Part shown: in pieces, positions 16,933 to 26,043 of the stretch
Numbering within the stretch: position 1 is the stretch's first letter
Layout of the letters: every line of letters begins with the position of its first letter
Notes under the pieces: model-generated
Databases searched by the model: none
What the model saw: only the letters and a program-made list of their open reading frames with translations
What the model was told of the DNA's origin: nothing
Assembly: GCA_016705365.1 (NCBI GenBank)
Contig: JADIYI010000008.1
Location: forward strand, 559,787-623,786
Source: Gammaproteobacteria bacterium
GTDB taxonomy: Bacteria; Pseudomonadota; Gammaproteobacteria; Pseudomonadales; UBA5518
Direction: 5' to 3'
DNA length: 64,000 nucleotides
Translations under genes and position numbers: made by a program

Positions 16933-18726
16933 ATGAAGAATTCGATTCGCTACGGGGATTATTTGCGGGTACTCGGTGCCGGGCGCCAGCAGATCAGCCT
17001 GCGGGATGTGGTGCCGCCGGTGACGCGCGACGCCAGCGGTCAGCCGATCTCGGTGCCCCGTCCGAAACTCAAGCTCCATGGCTCCGAGATCGTCGGCCTG
17101 CTGAGGCCCTATGCGTATATCAGGTTTGCGGAGCAATTCAGGGCCGTGGTTCCGCTGGCGCTGTACCTTGCGCTGTTCCAGGTTCTGATCCTGCGTCAAC
17201 TGGTCGAGGACTCGTGGTTGATCACGGGCGGACTGTTCGCGGTGATCGTTGGCCTGATGTTGTTCATGGAGGGCCTGAAGCTCGGCCTGATGCCGTTCGG
17301 TGAACTCATAGGCCACACTCTTCCGCGCAAGTCGCCGCTGCCCCTGGTGCTGTTCATCACGCTGCTGCTCGGCATCGGCGTGACCTTCGCGGAGCCGGCC
17401 ATCGGCGCCTTGCAGGCGGCGGGACAGAACGTCTCGGCGGAACGCGCACCGTATCTCTGGGCGTTGCTCAACCAGTGGGTCGGGACACTGGTGCTGGTCG
17501 TCGGCGCCAGTGTCGGCCTGGCGGCCGTGCTGGGGACGCTGCGATTCCTCTATGGCTGGAGCCTGAAACCGCTGATCTATGCTTCGCTGTTGCCGATTCT
17601 CGGGCTGACGGTGTATGGCTCGACGGATCCCGAATTTGCCAAGGTCATGGGGCTTGCCTGGGATACCGGCGCCGTCACGACCGGACCGGTCACCGTGCCG
17701 CTGGTTCTTTCCCTGGGGATCGGAATTTCGGCGGCCGCGGGAAAGGGTGGTTCAGGTCTGTCGGGCTTTGGCATCGTGACCCTCGCCTCCCTGTTTCCGG
17801 TGCTCGGTGTGCTGTTGCTGGCGCTGTACGTGGCCGCCACTTCCGACCCCGCCGAGATCATCGCTTTTGCGGCGCATGCCGCAACCATAGTGGATACGGA
17901 CGCACTCCCCTGGTACGAGCGTAGCCCGGGACTCGAGGTGGTTCTGGGCATCAGGGCGATACTGCCGCTGGTGCTGTTCCTGTTCCTGATTCTCAAGCTG
18001 ATCCTGCGCCAGGATCTGCCGCGGCGAGGCGAAATGCTGCTGGGTATCGGGCTGACTATCGGCGGCATGTGCATCTTCAATATCGGTCTCACCTACGGGC
18101 TGTCGATGCTCGGTGCCGGCGCCGGTTCCCTGGTTCCGGCTGCCTTCATGGAAGTCCCGGCAGCCAGCGGATCGCCGCTGTATCTCTACCCGGTCGGCCT
18201 GAGCCTGGCGCTGGTGTTTGCCTGGCTGCTTGGCTTTGGAGCAACCCTGGCCGAACCCGCCCTGAACGCCCTCGGTGTCACCGCGGAACAGCTTACCAAC
18301 GGTTTTTTCCGCAAGCGCATGCTGATCACGTCGGTATCGCTCGGCGTCGCCTTTGGTATTGCGGCGGGAGTTGCGAAACTGGTGTTCGAACTGCCGCTGG
18401 TGTGGATGATAGTGCCGGCCTATCTGGTCGCTGCGTTCCTGACCTCGATCTCCTCGGAGGAGTTCGTCAACGTGGCATGGGACAGCGCGGGTGTGACCAC
18501 TGGTCCGATAACGGTACCGCTGGTGTTGGCGATGGGGCTGGGTTTCGGCAATGCCACGAATGCGGTCGAGGGTTTCGGGATCCTGTGTCTCGCCTCCATC
18601 GGACCGATCATCAGTGTGCTGCTGGCCGGCCAGCTGGCGCGGTTCAAGGCCGCCATGCAGGCCAGGGCAGCCAGCAGCGAACAAGAAGGCTCCGGTGGGG
18701 ACAATGAGGCGCAGGTACTGACATGA
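16933..18726 (+). CDS. Membrane protein made of two fused DUF1538 repeats
   Basis: ATG 16933 (GTG 16903 is possible). Internal duplication is visible (AWDTGAVTTGPVTVPLVLSLGIG vs AWDSAGVTTGPITVPLVLAMGLG; GFGIVTLASLFPVLG vs GFGILCLASIGPIIS). LFMEGLKLGLMPFG is DUF1538-like as I recall. Confidence 0.8.
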   Translation: MKNSIRYGDYLRVLGAGRQQISLRDVVPPVTRDASGQPISVPRPKLKLHGSEIVGLLRPYAYIRFAEQFRAVVPLALYLALFQVLILRQLVEDSWLITGGLFAVIVGLMLFMEGLKLGLMPFGELIGHTLPRKSPLPLVLFITLLLGIGVTFAEPAIGALQAAGQNVSAERAPYLWALLNQWVGTLVLVVGASVGLAAVLGTLRFLYGWSLKPLIYASLLPILGLTVYGSTDPEFAKVMGLAWDTGAVTTGPVTVPLVLSLGIGISAAAGKGGSGLSGFGIVTLASLFPVLGVLLLALYVAATSDPAEIIAFAAHAATIVDTDALPWYERSPGLEVVLGIRAILPLVLFLFLILKLILRQDLPRRGEMLLGIGLTIGGMCIFNIGLTYGLSMLGAGAGSLVPAAFMEVPAASGSPLYLYPVGLSLALVFAWLLGFGATLAEPALNALGVTAEQLTNGFFRKRMLITSVSLGVAFGIAAGVAKLVFELPLVWMIVPAYLVAAFLTSISSEEFVNVAWDSAGVTTGPITVPLVLAMGLGFGNATNAVEGFGILCLASIGPIISVLLAGQLARFKAAMQARAASSEQEGSGGDNEAQVLT

Positions 18727-19097
18727 ACGAAACCAAGATTACCTACGTTACGGATGTGTCGCTGATCACCTGCGTGGTTTCCGCCGGGCGCAGCGACGCA
18801 GTGATCAAGGCGGCACAGGATATGGGCGCGACCGGTGCTCTCGTGTATCACGCACGCGGGGTAGGCCCCCGCGAAAGGCTTGGATTGCTCGGCATCGCTA
18901 TTGAAGCGGAAAAGGAAGTCGTCAGTATCCTGGTCGCGAGCGACTACGAGGAAATCGTATTCGAGGCAATATACCGGGCCGGAGAGCTCCATGTGCCGGG
19001 AGCCGGCATGGCCTACATGACGCGCCTGGACAAGATGGCTACCTATATTCCCCGCGAAATTCTCCAGCGCGCACGCGGTCCCGAGGCCAGGGAATGA
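18723..19097 (+). CDS. PII-like (GlnB-superfamily fold) small signalling protein, paralogue 1
   Basis: ATGA start/stop overlap with the DUF1538 gene. Beta-alpha-beta pattern LITCVVSAGRSDAVIKAAQDMGATGALVYHARGVG...EKEVVSILVASDYEEIVFEAIYRAG...GAGMAYMTRL. Confidence 0.7.
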   Translation: MNETKITYVTDVSLITCVVSAGRSDAVIKAAQDMGATGALVYHARGVGPRERLGLLGIAIEAEKEVVSILVASDYEEIVFEAIYRAGELHVPGAGMAYMTRLDKMATYIPREILQRARGPEARE

Positions 19098-19501
19098 ACC
19101 CGCCGGGGCAGCTGCCCGTTCCCGGAGCGAAGGCGAAGCTCATCTATTGCCTCGTTCCCGACGATGGCAGCGAGCGGCGCTTGCTGCAGGAACTGCGCGA
19201 GCGCCATGGAATCACCCGCGCCAACAGCGTTTACTGCCGCGGTGTGTCGATTCCGCGCGGAAGCGCCGGGCGGCGCGGGAAAATGCCCGAGCCGCAACTC
19301 GTGCGCCTGCTGACGGTCGTGGTGGATACGGCGGAGGCAGACGCGATGTTCGATTTCATCTACGAATACGCCAATATCGGTCGCCCGGGAGGCGGCGCGG
19401 TATTCATGGCGCCGCTGTCGTTTGCGACACCGTTCCCGATGCCTGCGGATGTTGCCGACGAGTCGGGCCCGGATTCCCGGCACACGGCGGTATCCCGCTG
19501 A
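19094..19501 (+). CDS. PII-like small protein, paralogue 2 (divergent)
   Basis: ATGA overlap with the preceding gene. KLIYCLVPDDGSERRLLQELRERHGITRANSVYCRGV...VRLLTVVVDTAEADAMFDFIYEYANIGRPGGGAVFMAPL fits the same fold pattern. Confidence 0.6.
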   Translation: MNPPGQLPVPGAKAKLIYCLVPDDGSERRLLQELRERHGITRANSVYCRGVSIPRGSAGRRGKMPEPQLVRLLTVVVDTAEADAMFDFIYEYANIGRPGGGAVFMAPLSFATPFPMPADVADESGPDSRHTAVSR

Positions 19502-19513
19502 GGGAGACACGCA

Positions 19514-19519
19514 TATAAT
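19514..19519 (+). promoter_or_regulatory. Consensus -10 hexamer TATAAT upstream of 19592 CDS
   Basis: Perfect TATAAT in GC-rich context, 73 nt upstream of the start. No convincing -35. Confidence 0.3.
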
Positions 19520-19591
19520 CACCCGCTGGCGGCGGGCACTTCGCTGACTGTCGTCAATCATCACGCTACAGACAAACAAGGAGCAAGAACG

Positions 19592-20182
19592 GTGCGAATG
19601 TACAAGATTGTAATGGGAGCCCTGGTGGCGGCCCTGTTGGCGGGTCCGGTTGCCGCTCAAACCGGCATGGTTGCCGCGGGCTCCGCGCCCGGAAAGGCAA
19701 GCGTGGCAGAAACGGTCGAGGTTCAAGGCACTATCGCTGCGATAGACTCCGAAACGCGCGCCGTGACACTCAAAGGCGAGAACGGCAAGGAAGTCAGCGT
19801 GGAGGCAGGCCCCGAGGTCAGGAATTTCGCACAACTGAAGGTCGGTGATACCGTCACGATCACGATGACGCAGGCGTTGACCCTGGAGCTCAAGAAGGGA
19901 AGCACTGCCGTGGTATCGCGTACCGACGATGCTGCCGGTGCGCGGGCTGCCGAGGGCGAACAGCCGGGTGGTGTGATCGGGCGCAAAGTCACGATCATGG
20001 CCGAGGTCACGGCTGTCGACGCAGAGACCCGCTCGGTCACGCTGCAGGGACCCAAGCAGAGCGTCGAGCTGACGGTCAAGGATCCTGCGCAATTCGCGCT
20101 GATCAGCGTGGGTGACCGTATCGAGGCAACCTATGTGGAAGCGGCCGCCGTCTCCGTCGAGCCAGTCAAGCAGAAGGACTGA
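19592..20182 (+). CDS. Secreted protein with two tandem small beta-barrel-like repeats (CusF-like topology, no Met/His ligands)
   Basis: AAGGAG at 19578-19583. GTG 19592 or ATG 19598. Signal peptide ...LLAGPVAAQ. Internal repeat VEVQGTIAAIDSETRAVTLKGENGKEVSVEAGPEVRNFAQLKVGDTVTI vs VTIMAEVTAVDAETRSVTLQGPKQSVELTVKDPAQFALISVGDRIEA. Confidence 0.65.
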   Translation: MRMYKIVMGALVAALLAGPVAAQTGMVAAGSAPGKASVAETVEVQGTIAAIDSETRAVTLKGENGKEVSVEAGPEVRNFAQLKVGDTVTITMTQALTLELKKGSTAVVSRTDDAAGARAAEGEQPGGVIGRKVTIMAEVTAVDAETRSVTLQGPKQSVELTVKDPAQFALISVGDRIEATYVEAAAVSVEPVKQKD

Positions 20183-20202
20183 GCAGCCCATCATGCCGTG
20201 TG

Positions 20203-20277
20203 GCAGTCACCGGGTGCGCGGCATCCCGTGACTGCGCGCGATTCCAGTCACCGCATACCGGGGTGACACTGCGCGCC
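20203..20277. terminator. Two tandem related hairpins between convergent genes (bidirectional terminator / REP-like pair)
   Basis: GCAGTCAC(c)GGG...CCCGTGACTGC (20203-20235) and GTCACC...GGTGAC (20247-20267). Both units share CAGTCACC...GTGAC(AC)TGCGCGC. Confidence 0.45.
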
Positions 20278-20284
20278 ATCGCAC

Positions 20285-21004
20285 TCAAACCTGTCCGAAT
20301 TCCTCGAGCCGCTCTTCGATCCAGGTCTGCATCGCCCGGGTAAGCTGCGCCGCGTCCGTGCCCGCATGAGACCAGGGCTTGCTGATCACGACATTTATCA
20401 TGCCCGGCGTCTTGGTGATACGTCGTGGTGGCCAGCAGCTTCCGGCATCGTGCGCCACGCAGACGATATCGACGCCGGCACGAATCGCCAGTTGCGCCGC
20501 GCTGCGCGTGAAGCGCAGTTTCTGTCCGGCCTCGACGCGAGTGCCTTCGGGAAAGATCAGCACCCCGCAGCCCTGCGCCAGCCGCTCGGCGCCGTCCTCG
20601 ACGACCTGCTTCAGCGCCGCACGGGGATTGTCGCGGTCGATCGCTATCGGGCGCATCATCGCCAGAGCCCAGCCAAAAAACGGAATCCGCAGCAGTTCAC
20701 GCTTGAGCAGGATGCACAATTGCGGAAACAGCGTGGCCAGAAAGATCGTCTCCCAACTGCTCTGGTGATTACTGACCACCACGCAGGCTGTTGCAGGCAG
20801 ATTCTCGAGCCCGCTGATGCGATGGCGTATGCCGCACACCAGTCTCAGCCAGCGCAGCGCGAAACGGTTCCAGACCATCAACAGGCGGTAGCGTTGCGGA
20901 TAATCGAGAAGCGGCGCGAGCAGCAACATCAGTGCGCCGTAAGCGATCACCGATGCGCCGTAGCCGAGATAAAACACCAGCGAGCGCACAAGGTACACGC
21001 TCAT
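20285..21004 (-). CDS. plsC: 1-acyl-sn-glycerol-3-phosphate acyltransferase
   Basis: ATG 21004 (MSVYLVRSLVFYLGY). The ORF-track start at 21133 is rejected. Acyltransferase motifs VVSNHQSSWET (H-X4-E) and LIFPEGTR. Confidence 0.85.
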   Translation of the reverse strand: MSVYLVRSLVFYLGYGASVIAYGALMLLLAPLLDYPQRYRLLMVWNRFALRWLRLVCGIRHRISGLENLPATACVVVSNHQSSWETIFLATLFPQLCILLKRELLRIPFFGWALAMMRPIAIDRDNPRAALKQVVEDGAERLAQGCGVLIFPEGTRVEAGQKLRFTRSAAQLAIRAGVDIVCVAHDAGSCWPPRRITKTPGMINVVISKPWSHAGTDAAQLTRAMQTWIEERLEEFGQV

Positions 21005-21020
21005 TGCAAGCCGCGAGTGC

Positions 21021-21197
21021 TCAGTGGCCACCGATGCGCCCTCCCGCGGCCCCGCCCACGATCGCGAAGCCGGCGCGGTGCAGGTCCGCAATCGCCTCGA
21101 TGCTGCCCGCAACCCGCTGCCATTCGCCGGCACTGCGGATATATTCCGCGCAATCCTGGTTGATCACCCCGTCACGATCCAGGTTCACGAATCTCAT
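21021..21197 (-). pseudogene. gmhB: Truncated gmhB (D,D-heptose 1,7-bisphosphate phosphatase) remnant, 58 codons
   Basis: ATG 21197 overlaps the glyS stop (ATGA). [47 protein letters not shown] matches the HAD motif-I N-terminus of GmhB. It then reads GGAAGGRIGGH* and stops 17 nt before the plsC start. About 125 expected residues are absent. Confidence 0.55.
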
Positions 21198-23272
21198 GTG
21201 CTGACTGCCAGCAGCGAAATATCCGCGACCGCCAGAAACGCGTTGCGCAGCTGCCCGAGCAACGCCAGCCGATTGAGACGCAGGGCATCGTCCTCGCAGG
21301 CGACGAGCACTTGTTCAAAAAAGTCATCGATTGGGGTCCTCAGCTGCGCGAGAACCCGCAGCACCCCGGCGTAATCACCGTTTTCCAGCATCGGCGCACT
21401 GTCCTGCATTCCCCGCTCGAGCGCCTGCGCCAGCTCGAGTTCCGCGGGTTCCCGCAGCAGTTGTTGCGCGAGTACCGTGCTGCCATCGGCACCTTGCTTG
21501 GCCAGGATGTTTGCGACCCGTTTGTTGGCGATGGCGAGTGCCGCGGCCTCCGGCAACTCCGCGAACGCCGCGACCGCGCGCACCCGGCGGTCGAAATCGA
21601 GCGCCCGGGTGATGCCGCGTGCCTGCACCGCGAGAAAACACTCCACACTGATGCCCGCATCGCTGTAGAGCGCACGAAACCGCTCCAGCATGTATTCGCG
21701 CACGCTGTCGACTACCGAGGCACGCTGCGCCAGCGTTGCGAAACCCTCGGCCGCATGCTCGAGCAGCGGTTGCAGGTCCAGCGGCAGTTGCCGCTCGAGC
21801 AGCGTGCGCAGCACGCCGAGCGCGGCGCGGCGCAGCGCAAACGGATCCTTCGAGCCGGTGGGCGGCTGGCCGATGCCGAAGATTCCCGTCAGCGTGTCGA
21901 TGCGATCGGCGATCGCGAGCACCTGTCCGAGCGTGCTCTGCGCCAGCTCGTCGCCGGCATGGCGCGGCAGGTATTGCTCGGTGAGCGCGCGCGCAACCGC
22001 CGGATCCTCGCCATCGTGCAGGGCGTAATAGCTGCCCATGACACCTTGCAGTTCGGCGAATTCCTGCACCATCTCGGACACCAGGTCGGACTTGCTGATC
22101 CGGGCCGCACGCGCACACAGCGCCGGATCGGCGCCGAGTTCGGTACCGATCCATTGTGCGAGCCGCGCCACGCGCTCGGTCTTGTCCCAGACGCTGCCGA
22201 GATCTTTCTGGAACACGATGCTGCGCAGGCGCTCGCGCCGTTCCAGCAGTGATACCTGCTGATCCTGCCCGAAGAAAAACGCGGCGTCGGCAAGGCGCGG
22301 CCGGATCACCCGTTCATTGCCCTCGATGACTTTCGCGGGATCGCGGCTGTCGATGTTCGCGACGGTAATGAAACAGGGAAGCAGGGCGCCATCGGTAGCC
22401 GTCACATGAAAATATTTCTGGTGCCGCTTCATGGAGGAAACCAGCGCTTCGGCGGGCACCGCGAGAAAGCGGCTCTCGAACCGTCCGGCCAGTGCCCGCG
22501 GCCACTCCACGAGGCTGCATACTTCCTCGAGCAGCTCATCATCGACGACGGCCTGGCCGCCGAGCTCGACGGCTTTGGCGTGAACCTGGCGGGCGATGGA
22601 CTGTTTGCGTGCCTCGTAGTCCGCCACCACCGAACCGCGCCGCAGCAGCAGCTCTTCGTATGCGGAAGCGGTATCGAGCGTGATCCGCGCCTCGCCGTGC
22701 ACCCGATGTCCGCGTGTCTCGCGTCCGGTTGCGATGCCGAGCAACGTTCCCGGCACCACGGTGGCACCATGGAGCAGCACCACCCAGTGCGCGGGGCGCA
22801 CGAATTCCGCACGCCTTGCGCCCCAGCGCATGCGGCGCGCGATCGGCAACGCGCCGAGTGCCGCCTCAACCAAGGCCGGCAGCAGCATGGCACTCGCTTG
22901 CCCCGCGATATTCTGCCGTGATACGAGACGCTCGCCGCGCTCGCCTGGTGTGCGTTCCAAGGTCTCGAATGCAACGCCGCAGCCGCGGGCGAAACCCAAC
23001 GCCGCCTTGCTTGGTTTGCCGTCCTGATCATAGGCCGCGCTCAGTGCCGGTCCGAGCTTTTCGAGTACCGTATCGGCCTGCAGCGCGGCCACCGATTCGA
23101 TCAGTACCGCGAGCCGGCGCGGCGTCGCAAACCAGCGCGATGTGCCGTGCACAATGTTGTGTGTGTCGAGTTGTGCCAGCAGCTCGCATTCGAAGGCTTC
23201 GCCGAGCGTGCGCAGGCTGCCCGGAGGCAGTTCCTCGGTGCCGATTTCGACCAGCAATGCGTCCATGCTCAT
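21194..23272 (-). CDS. glyS: Glycine--tRNA ligase beta subunit
   Basis: 692 aa. [18 protein letters not shown]-terminus and overall GlyS similarity. Start overlaps the glyQ stop. Confidence 0.95.
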   Translation of the reverse strand: MSMDALLVEIGTEELPPGSLRTLGEAFECELLAQLDTHNIVHGTSRWFATPRRLAVLIESVAALQADTVLEKLGPALSAAYDQDGKPSKAALGFARGCGVAFETLERTPGERGERLVSRQNIAGQASAMLLPALVEAALGALPIARRMRWGARRAEFVRPAHWVVLLHGATVVPGTLLGIATGRETRGHRVHGEARITLDTASAYEELLLRRGSVVADYEARKQSIARQVHAKAVELGGQAVVDDELLEEVCSLVEWPRALAGRFESRFLAVPAEALVSSMKRHQKYFHVTATDGALLPCFITVANIDSRDPAKVIEGNERVIRPRLADAAFFFGQDQQVSLLERRERLRSIVFQKDLGSVWDKTERVARLAQWIGTELGADPALCARAARISKSDLVSEMVQEFAELQGVMGSYYALHDGEDPAVARALTEQYLPRHAGDELAQSTLGQVLAIADRIDTLTGIFGIGQPPTGSKDPFALRRAALGVLRTLLERQLPLDLQPLLEHAAEGFATLAQRASVVDSVREYMLERFRALYSDAGISVECFLAVQARGITRALDFDRRVRAVAAFAELPEAAALAIANKRVANILAKQGADGSTVLAQQLLREPAELELAQALERGMQDSAPMLENGDYAGVLRVLAQLRTPIDDFFEQVLVACEDDALRLNRLALLGQLRNAFLAVADISLLAVST

Positions 23273-24219
23273 GCGTTGCTCTCCGCGGCCTGCATTTCCC
23301 TGCGTAGTTCCTCCGTCGCGAGCGGAAATCCGAGCGCCTTGCGCATCGCGAAATAGCTCTGTGCAACTGCGCGCGCCAGCGTGCGCACGCGCAGGATGAA
23401 GCGCTGGCGCTCGGTGACCGATATCGCCTGGCGCGCATCGAGCAGATTGAAGGTGTGCGAAGCCTTCAGCACCTGTTCGTAAGCGGGCAAAGGCAGGTTT
23501 TCGCCGATCAGGCGCAGTGCTTCGCTTTCGTGCTTGTCGAAACAGCCGAACAGGAACGCGACGTCGGCCTGCTCGAAGTTGTAGCGTGACATTTCGACTT
23601 CATTCTGGTGAAAAACGTCGCCGTAGCTGACCGGGCCATCCGGTCCCTGCGCCCAGAGCAGATCGTAGATGCTGTCGACGCCCTGCAGATACATCGCGAT
23701 GCGCTCGATGCCATAGGTGATCTCACCGGTCACCGGGTAGCATTCGAGCCCCCCGACCTGCTGGAAATAGGTGAACTGGGTGACCTCCATGCCGTTCAGC
23801 CAAACCTCCCAGCCAAGCCCCCAGGCGCCCAGCGTCGGCGACTCCCAGTTGTCCTCGACGAAACGGATGTCGTGCACGGAGGGGTCGATGCCGAGCACGC
23901 GCAACGATTCGATATAGCGGTCCTGGATATCCGCGGGCGAGGGTTTCATCGCCACCTGGAACTGGTAGTAATGCTGCAGACGATTGGGGTTTTCTCCGTA
24001 GCGGCCGTCTTTCGGTCGGCGCGAGGGCTGAACGTAGGCGGCGTTCCAGGTCTCGGGGCCAATCGCGCGCAGAAAAGTCGCCGGATGAAAGGTACCTGCA
24101 CCAACCTCCATATCGAGCGGCTGCAGGATCACGCAACCCTGCGCGGACCAGAATTGCTGCAAGGCCAGGATCAGATCCTGGAAGCTCGCGGGGGCGGTGG
24201 GCGAAATTGCAGAAGCCAT
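23269..24219 (-). CDS. glyQ: Glycine--tRNA ligase alpha subunit
   Basis: ATG 24219. [44 protein letters not shown] is highly conserved GlyQ sequence. Confidence 0.95.
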   Translation of the reverse strand: MASAISPTAPASFQDLILALQQFWSAQGCVILQPLDMEVGAGTFHPATFLRAIGPETWNAAYVQPSRRPKDGRYGENPNRLQHYYQFQVAMKPSPADIQDRYIESLRVLGIDPSVHDIRFVEDNWESPTLGAWGLGWEVWLNGMEVTQFTYFQQVGGLECYPVTGEITYGIERIAMYLQGVDSIYDLLWAQGPDGPVSYGDVFHQNEVEMSRYNFEQADVAFLFGCFDKHESEALRLIGENLPLPAYEQVLKASHTFNLLDARQAISVTERQRFILRVRTLARAVAQSYFAMRKALGFPLATEELRREMQAAESNA

Positions 24220-24308
24220 GGCGTGCTCGCGGTAGGGGCGCAAAAAGAAGGCTTATTATAAGGATATGAAACAGGACGGACGACACAACGCGGACGCAAA
24301 AACCGGCA

Positions 24309-24467
24309 ATAAGCTGGCTCGAGGGTGAAGAGAACGCCCGCGCCGCCCGGGCGGAAGGGAAAGGCCTGCTGGTGCTGGCACCGCATCTCGGCAACCGGGA
24401 ACGGCTGAGCCTGGTGCTGGGTGAACTCGGTCCGACCAGGGGCCGGAAGCCGGCAATGTATTCGCCG
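24309..24467 (+). pseudogene. Fragment of an LpxL/HtrB-type lipid A (lysophospholipid) acyltransferase
   Basis: The frame containing the 24372 ORF reads ISWLEGEENARAARAEGKGLLVLAPHLGNRERLSLVLGELGP...AMYSP. This is comparable to the LpxL region ...GMEHI...KRGILLVGIHFLTLELG...GVYRP (H-X4-E motif). There is no start codon or N-terminal TM segment, and similarity is lost before trkH. Confidence 0.4.
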
Positions 24468-24577
24468 ATTTCTTTGCGGTTCCGGCCTGGACGTCGACGT
24501 GGGCACATGGGTTGTTGCAACTTGCCCGGTGCGCCGCCGGCGCGGCAAACGAACGCCGGACTGAACCGGCGCAGGGA

Positions 24578-26038
24578 TCAATCGCGCCAGAATGCGGGCG
24601 TGAACAGCACCAGCAGGGTAAAGATCTCGAGTCGCCCGAGCAGCATCGACAGGCACAACAGCCATTTTACCGGCGCCTCCATGTCGAAGTAGTGCAACGC
24701 CACCTCGCCGAGCCCGGGACCGAGGTTGTTGAGCGTCGCGGCGACTGCGGAGAACGCGGTGAGAAAGTCGAGCTTGGCCAGCAAGAGTGCAAACAGGATC
24801 ACCAGGAACGTCAGCACATAGACCGCAAGAAAGCTCCAGACCGCGATGATCACCCGGTCGGGAATGGTGCGCGATCCAAGCCGCACCGGCAGCACCGCGC
24901 GCGGATGCACCAGCTGGCGCAGTTCACGCAGTCCCTGCTTGCCGATCAGCAGCATGCGAACCGCCTTGATCCCGCCGGCGGTGGATCCGCTGCATCCGCC
25001 CATGCAGGCAAACAGCAACAGCAGCAGCGGCGCGAAGGCGGGCCAGTCGAGGAAATGCCCGGTAGTGAAACCCGTGGTGGTGACCACTGACACCACATGG
25101 AACACTCCCTGCAGCACCCCGTCGGCGGGCCCGTGCGAGCCGGCGCCGAGCAAGGTCGCCGCAGTCAGTACCGACAGCACCGCGATCACCGTCAGAAAGA
25201 ACCGTGCTTCCGGGTCGCTGGCATAAAAGCGCAACGAGCGCTGACGCCAGCACAGGTAGTGAAGCGCGAAATTCAGTGCCGCAAGCACCATGAACACGAT
25301 GCTGATCACTACAATCAGCGGGTTGTCGAAGTGACCCAGGTTCGCATCATGGGTGGAAAATCCACCGACCGAGACCGTCGAGAAGCTGTGTGCCACCGCG
25401 TCGAAGACATCCATGCCCGCCAGCCAATAGGCCAGTGCGCAGCAAGCCGTGAGCGCCAGATAGATCAGGAACAGCTGGCCAGCCGTGCCCAGGATGCGTG
25501 GCGTGAGCTTGTTGCTCTTCATGGCGCCGGGTGTTTCCGCCTGGTAGAGCTGCATCCCGCCGACGCCGAGCAGCGGCAGGATCGCGATCGCGATCACGAT
25601 GGTGCCGATGCCACCGAGCCATTGCAGCTGCTGGCGGTAATACAGTACCGAGCGCGGCAGTGTGTCGAGTGCGTCGATCACGGTGGCTCCGGTCGTGGTA
25701 AGGCCCGATACCGACTCGAACAGGGCGTTGCTCAGATCGAGTTGCGGCTCGGGAACCAGCAGCAACGGCAGCGCTCCGAATCCACCGAGCACCACCCAGA
25801 ACAGCGTGGCGATCACGAACCCGTCGCGGGTGCGCAGCTCGGTGCGCGCGCCTCGGCTGGGTACCCACAGGGCGCCACCGCACGCCGTGGTGATCAGGAA
25901 TCCCAGCGCCAAGGCGGGCCCTGCGCCGTCGCGATCGATCAGGGAAATCGCCAGCGGCACGAGCAGCGTCAGGCCGAACAGGATCAGCAACAAGCCGAGC
26001 AGATGACAGATAAGCGCAAAACGCGTGGTACGACGCAT
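24578..26038 (-). CDS. trkH: Trk-system potassium uptake protein TrkH
   Basis: 486-aa polytopic protein with TrkH-like repeats (SGLTTTGATV, SVGGFSTHD, TTTGFTTGHF, GGCSGSTAGGIK). Confidence 0.9.
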   Translation of the reverse strand: MRRTTRFALICHLLGLLLILFGLTLLVPLAISLIDRDGAGPALALGFLITTACGGALWVPSRGARTELRTRDGFVIATLFWVVLGGFGALPLLLVPEPQLDLSNALFESVSGLTTTGATVIDALDTLPRSVLYYRQQLQWLGGIGTIVIAIAILPLLGVGGMQLYQAETPGAMKSNKLTPRILGTAGQLFLIYLALTACCALAYWLAGMDVFDAVAHSFSTVSVGGFSTHDANLGHFDNPLIVVISIVFMVLAALNFALHYLCWRQRSLRFYASDPEARFFLTVIAVLSVLTAATLLGAGSHGPADGVLQGVFHVVSVVTTTGFTTGHFLDWPAFAPLLLLLFACMGGCSGSTAGGIKAVRMLLIGKQGLRELRQLVHPRAVLPVRLGSRTIPDRVIIAVWSFLAVYVLTFLVILFALLLAKLDFLTAFSAVAATLNNLGPGLGEVALHYFDMEAPVKWLLCLSMLLGRLEIFTLLVLFTPAFWRD

Positions 26039-26043
26039 GGTGT

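Noticed and set aside
20203-20277. Repeated hairpin units considered as a mini-CRISPR array
   Set aside because: There are only two imperfect copies, a spacer of a few nucleotides, and no cas genes in the window. It fits a terminator or REP-like element instead.
24372-24692. 106-aa plus-strand ORF upstream of glyQ considered as an intact small gene
   Set aside because: Only its first ~30 codons, plus upstream in-frame sequence lacking a start, resemble an acyltransferase. The remainder overlaps the trkH 3' end antisense. It is treated as a pseudogene fragment, not a CDS.
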